From Eledone cirrhosa (lineage: Eukaryota): 64,000 nucleotides of DNA. Position numbers and translations under genes: made by a program. Shown piece by piece: positions 52,001 to 64,000 of the stretch; within the stretch, counting starts at the first letter, position 1; each line of letters opens with the position of its first letter. Under the pieces are notes generated by a model, which was not told where the DNA came from, searched no databases, and was given only the letters and a program-made list of their open reading frames with translations. Location of the stretch: contig OZ024742.1 of assembly GCA_964016885.1 (NCBI GenBank), forward strand, positions 368,652,001 to 368,716,000, given 5' to 3'.

Positions 52001-55000
52001 CACCCTATTCCAATGTTTCAAGTTTACCAATAAACAGATCCTACAAGACACCCTATTCCAATGTTCCAAGTCTATCAATAAACAGATCCTACAAGACACC
52101 CTATTCCAATGTTCCAAGTCTACCAATAAACAGATCCTACAAGACACCCTATTCCAATGTTCCAAGTCTACCTATAAACAGATCCTACAAGACACCCTAT
52201 TCCAATGTTCCAAGTCTACCAATAAACAGATCCTACAAGACACCTTATTCCAATGTTCCAAGTCTACCAATAAACAGATCCTACAAGACACCTTATTCCA
52301 ATGTTCCGAGTCTACCAATAAACAGATCCTACAAGACACCCTATTCCAATGTTACGAGTCTACCAATAAACAGATCCTACAAGACACCTTATTCCAATGT
52401 TCCGAGTCTACCAATAAACAGATCCTACAAGACACCCTATTCCAATGTTACGAGTCTACCAATAAACAGATCCTACAAGACACCCTATTCCAATGTTCCA
52501 AGTCTACCAATAAACAGATCCTACAAGACACCTTATTCCAATGTTCCGAGTCTACCAATAAACAGATCCTACAAGACACCCTATTCCAATGTTACGAGTC
52601 TACCAATAAACAGATCCTACAAGACACCCTATTCCAATGTTCCAAGTCTACCAATAAACAGATCCTACAAGACACCCTACTCCAATGTTCCAAGTCTACC
52701 AATAAACAGATTCTACAAGACACCCTATTCCAATGTTCCAAGTCTACCAATAAACAGATCCTACAAGACACCCTATTCCAATGTTCCGAGTCTACCAATA
52801 AACAGATCCTACAAGACACCCTATTCCAATGTTCCGAGTCTACCAATAAACAGATCCTACAAGACACCCTATTCAAATGTTCCAAGTCTACCAATAAACA
52901 GATCCTACAAGACACCCTATTCGAAGGTTCCAAGTCTACCAATAAACAGATCCTACAAGACACCCTATTCGAATGTTCCAAGTCTACGAATAAACAGATG
53001 CTACAAGACACCCTATTCCAATGTTCCGAGTCTACCAATAAACAGATCCTACAAGACACCCTATTCAAATGTTCCAAGTCTACCAATAAACAGATCCTAC
53101 AAGACACCCTATTCGAATGTTCCAAGTCTACCAATAAACAGATCCTACAAGACACCCTATTCTAATGTTCCAAATCTACCAATAAACAGATCCTACAAGA
53201 CACCCTATTCCAATGTTCCAAGTCTACCAATAAACAAATCCTACAAGACACCCTATTCCAATGTTCCGAGTCTACCAATAAACAGATCCTACAAGACACC
53301 CTATTCCAATGTTTCAAGTCTACCAATAAACAGATTATACAAGACACCTTATTCGAAGTCTACCAATAAACAGATCCTACAAGACACCCTATTCCAATGT
53401 TTCAAGTCTACCAATAAACAGATTCTTCAAGACACCTTATTCGAAGTCTACCAATAAACAAATCCTACAAGACACCCTATTCCAATGTTCCGAGTCTACC
53501 AATAAACAGATCCTACAAGACACCCTATTCCAATGTTTCAAGTCTACCAATAAACAGATTCTACAAGACACCTTATTCGAAGTCTACCAATAAACAGATC
53601 CTACAAGACACCTTATTCCAATGTTTCAAGTCTACCAATAAACAGATTCTACAAGACACCTTATGCCAATGTTTCAAGTCTACCAATAAACAGATCCTAC
53701 AAGACACCTTATTCCAATGTTTCAAGTCTACCAATAAACAGATTCTACAAGACACCTTATTCCAATGTTTCAAGTCTACCAATAAACATATCCTACAAGA
53801 CACCCTATTCCAATGTTCCAAGTCTACCAATAAACAGATCCTACAAGAAACCCTATTCCAATGTTTCAAGTCTACCAATAAACAGATCCTACAAGACACC
53901 TTATTCCAATGTTCCGAGTCTACCAATAAACAGATCCTACAAGACACCCTATTCCAATGTTCCGAGTCTACCAATAAACAGATCCTACAAGACACCCTAT
54001 TCCAATGTTCCAAGTCTACCAATAAACAGATCCTACAAGACACCCTATTCCAATGTTCCAAGTCTACCAATAAACAGATCCTACAAGACACCATATTCAA
54101 TGTTCCAAGTCTACCAATAAACAGATCCTACAAGACACCCTATTCCAATGTTCCAAGTCTACCAATAAACAGATCCTACAAGACACCTTATTCCAATGTT
54201 CCAAGTCTACCAATAAACAGATCCTACAAGACACCCTATTCCAATGTTCCGAGTCTACCAATAAACAGATCCTACAAGACACCTTATTCCAATGTTCCAA
54301 GTCTACCAATAAACATATCCTACAAGACACCCTATTCCAATGTTCCAAGTCTACCAATAAACAGATCCTACAAGACACCCTATTCCAATGTTTCAAGTTT
54401 ACCAATAAACAGATCCTACAAGACACCCTATTCCAATGTTCCAAGTCTATCAATAAACAGATCCTACAAGACACCCTATTCCAATGTTCCAAGTCTACCA
54501 ATAAACAGATCCTACAAGACACCCTATTCCAATGTTCCAAGTCTACCTATAAACAGATCCTACAAGACACCCTATTCCAATGTTCCAAGTCTACCAATAA
54601 ACAGATCCTACAAGACACCCTATTCCAATGTTCCAAGTCTACCAATAAACAGATCCTACAAGACACCCTATTCGAATGTTCCAAGTCTACCAATAAACAG
54701 ATCCTACAAGACACCCTATTCTAATGTTCCAAGTCTACCAATAAACAGATCCTACAAGACACCCTATTCCAATGTTTCAAGTCTACCAATAAACAGATCC
54801 TACAAGACACCCTATTCCAATGTTCCAAGTCTACCAATAAACAAATCCTACAAGACACCCTATTCCAATGTTCCAAGTCTACCAATAAACAGATCCTACA
54901 AGACACCCTATTCCAATGTTCCAAGTCTACCAATAAACAGATCCTACAAGGCACCTTATTCCAATGTTCCAAGTCTACCAATAAACAGATCCTACAAGCT

Positions 55001-58000
55001 ACCTTATTCCAATGTTCCAAGTCTACCAATAAACATATCCTACAAGACACCCTATTCCAATGTTCCAAGTCTACCAATAAACATATCCTACAAGACACCC
55101 TATTCCAATGTTCCAAGTCTACCAATAAACAGATTCTACAAGACAACCTATTCCAATGTTTCAAGTCTACTAATAAACAGATCCTACAAGACACCCTATT
55201 CCAATGTTTCAAGTCTACCAATAAACAGATTCTACAAGACACCTTATTCCAATGTTCCGAGTCTACCAATAAACAGATCCTACAAGACACCCTATTCAAA
55301 TGTTCCGAGTCTACCAATAAACAGATCCTACAAGACACCTTATTCCAATGTTCCAAGTCTACCAATAAACAGATCCAAACAAGACACCCTATTCCAATGT
55401 TCCGAGTCTACCAATAAACAGATCCTACAAGACACCCTATTCCAATGTTCCAAGTCTACCAATAAACAGATCCTACAAGACACCCTATTCCAATGTTCCA
55501 AGTCTACCAATAAACAGATCCTACAAGACACCCTATTCCAATGTTCCAAGTCTACCAATAAACAGATCCTACAAGACACCCTATTCCAATGTTCCAAGTC
55601 TACCAATAAACATATCCTACAAGACACCCTATTCCAATGTTCCAAGTCTACCAATAAACAGATCCTACAAGACACCCTATTCCAATGTTTCAAGTCTACC
55701 AATAAACAGATCCTACAAGACACCCTATTCCAATGTTCCAAGTCTACCAATAAACAGATCCTACAAGACACCCTATTCAAATGTTCTGAGTCTACCAATA
55801 AACAGATCCTACAAGACACCTTATTCCAATGTTCCAAGTCTACCAATAAACAGATCCTACAAGACACCCTATTCCAATGTTCCGAGTCTACAAATAAACA
55901 GATCCTACAAGACACCCTATTCCAATGTTCCAAGTCTACCAATAAACATATCCTACAAGACACCCTATTCCAATGTTCCAAGTCTACCAATAAACAGATC
56001 CTACAAGACACCCTATTCCAATGTTCCAAGTCTACCAATAAACAGATCCTACAAGACACCTTATTCCAATGTTCCAAGTCTAGCAATAAACAGATCCTAC
56101 AAGACACCCTATTCCAATGTTTCAAGTCTACCAATAAACAGATCCTACAAGACACCTTATTCCAATGTTCCGAGTCTACCAATAAACAGATCCTACAAGA
56201 CACCCTATTCCAATGTTCCGAGTCTACCAATAAACAGATCCTACAAGACACCCTATTCCAATGTTCCAAGTCTACCAATAAACAGATCCTACAAGACACC
56301 CTATTCCAATGTTTCAAGTCTACCAATAAACAGATCCTACAAGACACCCTATTCCAATGTTCCGAGTCTACCAATAAACAGATCCTACAAGACACCCTAT
56401 TCCAATGTTCCAAGTCTACCAATAAACAGATCCTACAAGACACCCTACTCCAATGTTCCAAGTCTACCAATAAACAGATCCTACAAGACACCCTATTCCA
56501 ATGTTCCAAGTCTACCAATAAACAGATCCTACAAGACACCCTATTCCAATGTTTCAAGTCTACCAATAAACAGATCCTACAAGACACCCTATTCCAATGT
56601 TCCGAGTCTACCAATAAACAGATCCTACAAGACACCCTATTCCAATGTTTCAAGTCTACCAATAAACAGATCCTACAAGACACCCTATTCCAATGTTCCG
56701 AGTCTACCAATAAACAGATCCTACAAGACACCCTATTCCAATGTTCCAAGTCTACCAATAAACAGATCCTACAAAACACCCTATTCCAATGTTCCAAGTC
56801 TACCAATAAACACATTCTACAAGACACCCTATTCCAATGTTCCAAGTCTACCAATAAACAGATCCTACAAGACACCCTATTCCAATGTTTCAAGTCTACC
56901 AATAAACAGATCCTACAAGACACCCTATTCCAATGTTTCAAGTCTACCAATAAACAGATTCTACAAGACACCTTATTCCAAGTCTACCAATAAACAGATC
57001 CTACAAGACACCCTATTCCAATGTTTCAAGTCTACCAATAAACAGATTCTACAAGACACCTTATTCCAAGTCTACCAATAAACAGATCCTACAAGACACC
57101 CTATTCCAATGTTCCAAGTCTACCAATAAACAGATCCTACAAGACACCCTATTCCAATGTTCCAAGTCTACCAATAAACAGATCCTACAAGACACCCTAT
57201 TCCAATGTTCCAAGTCTACTAATAAACAGATCCTACAAGACACCTTATTCCAATGTTACGAGTCTACCAATAAACAGATCCTACAAGACACCCTATTCCA
57301 ATGTTCCAAGTCTACCAATAAACAGATCCTACAAGACACCCTACTCCAATGTTCCAAGTCTACCAATAAACAGATTCTACAAGACACCCTATTCCAATGT
57401 TCCAAGTCTACCAATAAACAGATCCTACAAGACACCCTATTCCAATGTTCCGAGTCTACCAATAAACAGATCCTACAAGACACCCTATTCCAATGTTCCG
57501 AGTCTACCAATAAACAGATCCTACAAGACACCCTATTCAAATGTTCCAAGTCTACCAATAAACAGATCCTACAAGACACCCTATTCGAAGGTTCCAAGTC
57601 TACCAATAAACAGATCCTACAAGACACCCTATTCGAATGTTCCAAGTCTACGAATAAACAGATGCTACAAGACACCCTATTCCAATGTTCCGAGTCTACC
57701 AATAAACAGATCCTACAAGACACCCTATTCAAATGTTCCAAGTCTACCAATAAACACATCCTACAAGACACCCTATTCGAATGTTCCAAGTCTACCAATA
57801 AACAGATCCTACAAGACACCCTATTCTAATGTTCCAAATCTACCAATAAACAGATCCTACAAGACACCCTATTCCAATGTTTCAAGTCTACCAATAAACA
57901 GATCCTACAAGACACCCTATTCCAATGTTCCAAGTCTACCAATAAACAAATCCTACAAGACACCCTATTCCAATGTTCCGAGTCTACCAATAAACAGATC

Positions 58001-61000
58001 CTACAAGACACCCTATTCCAATGTTTCAAGTCTACCAATAAACAGATTATACAAGACACCTTATTCGAAGTCTACCAATAAACAGATCCTACAAGACACC
58101 CTATTCCAATGTTTCAAGTCTACCAATAAACAGATTCTTCAAGACACCTTATTCGAAGTCTACCAATAAACAAATCCTACAAGACACCCTATTCCAATGT
58201 TCCGAGTCTACCAATAAACAGATCCTACAAGACACCCTATTCCAATGTTTCAAGTCTACCAATAAACAGATTCTACAAGACACCTTATTCCAATGTTTCA
58301 AGTCTACTAATAAACAGATCCTACAAGACACCTTATTCCAATGTTTCAAGTCTACCAATAAACAGATCCTACAAGACACCCTATTCCAATGTTCCGAGTC
58401 TACCAATAAACAGATCCTACAAGACACCTTATTCCAATGTTCCAAGTCTACCAATAAACAGATCCTACAAGACACCCTATTCCAATGTTCCGAGTCCACC
58501 AATAAACAGATCCTACAAGACACCCTATTCCAATGTTCCAAGTCTAACAATAAACAGATCCTACAAGACACCCTATTCCAATGTTCCAAGTCTACCAATA
58601 AACAGAGCCTACAAGGCACCTTATTCCAATGTTCCAAGTCTACCAATAAACAGATCCTACAAGCTACCTTATTCCAATGTTCCAAGTCTACCAATAAACA
58701 TATCCTACAAGACACCCTATTCCAATGTTCCAAGTCTACCAATAAACAGATCCTACAAGACACCATATTCCAATGTTCCAAGTCTACCAATAAACAGATC
58801 CTACAAGACACCCTATTCCAATGTTCCAAGTCTACCAATAAACATATCCTACAAGACACCCTATTCCCATGTTCCGAGTCTACCAATAAACAGATCCTAC
58901 AAGACACCCTATTCCAATGTTTCAAGTCTACCAATAAACAGATTCTACAAGACACCTTATTCCAATGTTTCAAGTCTACCAATAAACAGATCGTACAAGA
59001 CACCCTATTCAAATGTTCCGAGTCTACCAATAAACAGATTCTACAAGACACCCTATTCCAATGTTCCGAGTCTACCAATAAACAGATCCTACAAGACACC
59101 CTATTCCAATGTTCCAAGTCTACCAATAAACAGATCCTACAAGACACCTTATTCCAATGTTCCAAGTCTACCAATAAACAGATCCTACAAGACACCCTAT
59201 TCCAATGTTCCGAGTCCACCAATAAACAGATCCTACAAGACACCTTATTCCAATGTTCCAAGTCTACCAATAAACATATCCTACAAGACACCCTATTCCA
59301 ATGTTCCAAGTCTACCAATAAACAGATCCTACAAGACACCCTATTCCAATGTTCCAAGTCTACCAATAAACAGATCCTACAAGACACCCTATTCAAATGT
59401 TCTGAGTCTACCAATAAACAGATCCTACAAGACACCTTATTCCAATGTTCCAAGTCTACCAATAAACAGACCCTACAAGACACCCTATTCCAATGTTCCA
59501 AGTCTACCAATAAACATATCCTACAAGACACCCTATTCCAATGTTCCAAGTCTACCAATAAACAGATCCTACAAGACACCCTATTCAAATGTTCCGAGTC
59601 TACCAATAAACAGATTCTACAAGACACCCTATTCCAATGTTCCGAGTCTACCAATAAACAGATCCTACAAGACACCCTATTCCAATGTTCCAAGTCTACC
59701 AATAAACAGATCCTACAAGACACCTTATTCCAATGTTCCAAGTCTACCAATAAACAGATCCTACAAGACACCCTATTCCAATGTTCCGAGTCCACCAATA
59801 AACAGATCCTACAAGACACCTTATTCCAATGTTCCAAGTCTACCAATAAACATATCCTACAAGACACCCTATTCCAATGTTCCAAGTCTACCAATAAACA
59901 GATCCTACAAGACACCCTATTCCAATGTTCCAAGTCTACCAATAAACAGATCCTACAAGACACCCTATTCAAATGTTCTGAGTCTACCAATAAACAGATC
60001 CTACAAGACACCTTATTCCAATGTTCCAAGTCTACCAATAAACAGATCCTACAAGACACCCTATTCCAATGTTCCAAGTCTACCAATAAACATATCCTAC
60101 AAGACACCCTATTCCAATGTTCCGAGTCTACAAATAAACAGATCCTACAAGACATCCTATTCCAATGTTCCAAGTCTACCAATAAACAGATCCTACAAGA
60201 CACCCTATTCCAATGTTTCAAGTCTGCCAATAAACAGATCCTACAAGACACCTTATTCCAATGTTCCGAGTCTACCAATAAACAGATCCTACAAGACACC
60301 CTATTCAAATGTTCCGAGTCTACCAATAAACAGATCCTACAAGACACCTTATTCCAATGTTCCAAGTCTACCAATAAACAGATCCAAACAAGACACCCTA
60401 TTCCAATGTTCCGAGTCTACCAATAAACAGATCCTACAAGACACCCTATTCCAATGTTCCAAGTCTACCAATAAACAGATCCTACAAGACACCCTATTCC
60501 AATGTTCCAAGTCTACCAATAAACAGATCCTACAAGACACCCTATTCCAATGTTCCAAGTCTACCAATAAACAGATCCTACAAGACACCCTATTCCAATG
60601 TTCCAAGTCTACCAATAAACATATCCTACAAGACACCCTATTCCAATGTTCCAAGTCTACCAATAAACAGATCCTACAAGACACCCTATTCCAATGTTTC
60701 AAGTCTACCAATAAACAGATCCTACAAGACACCCTATTCCAATGTTCCAAGTCTACCAATAAACAGATCCTACAAGACACCCTATTCAAATGTTCTGAGT
60801 CTACCAATAAACAGATCCTACAAGACACCCTATTCCAATGTTTCAAGTCTACCAATAAACAGATTCTACAAGACACCTTATTCCAATGTTTCAAGTCTAC
60901 CAATAAACAGATCGTACAAGACACCCTATTCAAATGTTCCGAGTCTACCAATAAACAGATTCTACAAGACACCCTATTCCAATGTTCCGAGTCTACCAAT

Positions 61001-64000
61001 AAACAGATCCTACAAGACACCCTATTCCAATGTTCCAAGTCTACCAATAAACAGATCCTACAAGACACCTTATTCCAATGTTCCAAGTCTACCAATAAAC
61101 AGATCCTACAAGACACCCTATTCCAATGTTCCGAGTCCACCAATAAACAGATCCTACAAGACACCTTATTCCAATGTTCCAAGTCTACCAATAAACATAT
61201 CCTACAAGACACCCTATTCCAATGTTCCAAGTCTACCAATAAACAGATCCTACAAGACACCCTATTCCAATGTTCCAAGTCTACCAATAAACAGATCCTA
61301 CAAGACACCCTATTCAAATGTTCTGAGTCTACCAATAAACAGATCCTACAAGACACCTTATTCCAATGTTCCAAGTCTACCAATAAACAGACCCTACAAG
61401 ACACCCTATTCCAATGTTCCAAGTCTACCAATAAACATATCCTACAAGACACCCTATTCCAATGTTCCAAGTCTACCAATAAACAGATCCTACAAGACAC
61501 CCTATTCAAATGTTCCGAGTCTACCAATAAACAGATTCTACAAGACACCCTATTCCAATGTTCCGAGTCTACCAATAAACAGATCCTACAAGACACCCTA
61601 TTCCAATGTTCCAAGTCTACCAATAAACAGATCCTACAAGACACCTTATTCCAATGTTCCAAGTCTACCAATAAACAGATCCTACAAGACACCCTATTCC
61701 AATGTTCCGAGTCCACCAATAAACAGATCCTACAAGACACCTTATTCCAATGTTCCAAGTCTACCAATAAACATATCCTACAAGACACCCTATTCCAATG
61801 TTCCAAGTCTACCAATAAACAGATCCTACAAGACACCCTATTCCAATGTTCCAAGTCTACCAATAAACAGATCCTACAAGACACCCTATTCAAATGTTCT
61901 GAGTCTACCAATAAACAGATCCTACAAGACACCTTATTCCAATGTTCCAAGTCTACCAATAAACAGATCCTACAAGACACCCTATTCCAATGTTCCAAGT
62001 CTACCAATAAACATATCCTACAAGACACCCTATTCCAATGTTCCGAGTCTACAAATAAACAGATCCTACAAGACATCCTATTCCAATGTTCCAAGTCTAC
62101 CAATAAACAGATCCTACAAGACACCCTATTCCAATGTTTCAAGTCTGCCAATAAACAGATCCTACAAGACACCTTATTCCAATGTTCCGAGTCTACCAAT
62201 AAACAGATCCTACAAGACACCCTATTCAAATGTTCCGAGTCTACCAATAAACAGATCCTACAAGACACCTTATTCCAATGTTCCAAGTCTACCAATAAAC
62301 AGATCCAAACAAGACACCCTATTCCAATGTTCCGAGTCTACCAATAAACAGATCCTACAAGACACCCTATTCCAATGTTCCAAGTCTACCAATAAACAGA
62401 TCCTACAAGACACCCTATTCCAATGTTCCAAGTCTACCAATAAACAGATCCTACAAGACACCCTATTCCAATGTTCCAAGTCTACCAATAAACAGATCCT
62501 ACAAGACACCCTATTCCAATGTTCCAAGTCTACCAATAAACATATCCTACAAGACACCCTATTCCAATGTTCCAAGTCTACCAATAAACAGATCCTACAA
62601 GACACCCTATTCCAATGTTTCAAGTCTACCAATAAACAGATCCTACAAGACACCCTATTCCAATGTTCCAAGTCTACCAATAAACAGATCCTACAAGACA
62701 CCCTATTCAAATGTTCTGAGTCTACCAATAAACAGATCCTACAAGACACCTTATTCCAATGTTCCAAGTCTACCAATAAACAGATCCTACAAGACACCCT
62801 ATTCCAATGTTCCGAGTCTACAAATAAACAGATCCTACAAGACACCCTATTCCAATGTTCCAAGTCTACCAATAAACATATCCTACAAGACACCCTATTC
62901 CAATGTTCCAAGTCTACCAATAAACAGATCCTACAAGACACCCTATTCCAATGTTCCAAGTCTACCAATAAACAGATCCTACAAGACACCTTATTCCAAT
63001 GTTCCAAGTCTAGCAATAAACAGATCCTACAAGACACCCTATTCCAATGTTTCAAGTCTACCAATAAACAGATCCTACAAGACACCTTATTCCAATGTTC
63101 CGAGTCTACCAATAAACAGATCCTACAAGACACCCTATTCCAATGTTCCGAGTCTACCAATAAACAGATCCTACAAGACACCCTATTCCAATGTTCCAAG
63201 TCTACCAATAAACAGATCCTACAAGACACCCTATTCCAATGTTTCAAGTCTACCAATAAACAGATCCTACAAGACACCCTATTCCAATGTTCCGAGTCTA
63301 CCAATAAACAGATCCTACAAGACACCCTATTCCAATGTTCCAAGTCTACCAATAAACAGATCCTACAAGACACCCTACTCCAATGTTCCAAGTCTACCAA
63401 TAAACAGATCCTACAAGACACCCTATTCCAATGTTCCAAGTCTACCAATAAACAGATCCTACAAGACACCCTATTCCAATGTTTCAAGTCTACCAATAAA
63501 CAGATCCTACAAGACACCCTATTCCAATGTTCCGAGTCTACCAATAAACAGATCCTACAAGACACCCTATTCCAATGTTTCAAGTCTACCAATAAACAGA
63601 TCCTACAAGACACCCTATTCCAATGTTCCGAGTCTACCAATAAACAGATCCTACAAGACACCCTATTCCAATGTTCCAAGTCTACCAATAAACAGATCCT
63701 ACAAAACACCCTATTCCAATGTTCCAAGTCTACCAATAAACACATTCTACAAGACACCCTATTCCAATGTTCCAAGTCTACCAATAAACAGATCCTACAA
63801 GACACCCTATTCCAATGTTTCAAGTCTACCAATAAACAGATCCTACAAGACACCCTATTCCAATGTTTCAAGTCTACCAATAAACAGATTCTACAAGACA
63901 CCTTATTCCAAGTCTACCAATAAACAGATCCTACAAGACACCCTATTCCAATGTTTCAAGTCTACCAATAAACAGATTCTACAAGACACCTTATTCCAAG
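37100..64000. repeat. 48-bp satellite, ~560 copies, runs off the window (AAACAGATCCTACAAGACACCCTATTCCAATGTTCCAAGTCTACCAAT)
   Basis: 48-bp period with rare 47-, 39- and 49-bp variants; higher-order duplications. Confidence 0.99.

Noticed and set aside
37060-63901. Very long ORFs on both strands (VSCRICLLVDLEHWNR; KQILQDTLFQCSKSTN)
   Set aside because: A 48-bp unit is divisible by 3 and lacks stops in some frames. Frameshifting 47- and 49-bp units and stop variants are tolerated, there is no unique domain, and the unit looks SINE-derived.

Overview
Eukaryotic, AT-rich genomic DNA. The tRNA-SINE, RTE and MITE landscape suggests an octopod cephalopod; this is an inference from repeat families. 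The window lies inside one minus-strand gene, a DENND4/Crag-family Rab GEF. I reconstructed 12 internal exons between 13116 and 35847. All have AG/GT boundaries and matching phases, and they join into 1398 nt (466 codons) covering the end of the MABP region and the uDENN, cDENN and dDENN domains. The rest is intronic: about 45 kb of tandem arrays (TA/GGGTG, 53-, 26-, 30-, ~31-39-, 52-, 61- and 48-bp units), a young 5'-truncated RTE LINE with an intact RT ORF, CR1-like and R4/Dong-like relics, tRNA-SINEs, piggyBac-type MITEs and several inverted repeats. The most notable pattern is that at least three, probably four, arrays are in-place amplifications of retroposon ends. One example is the >26.9-kb 48-bp satellite, which looks like the A-box part of a SINE head, with the B-box left once at the array edge. 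All long ORFs inside the arrays are treated as artefacts. No prokaryotic-type system is present.
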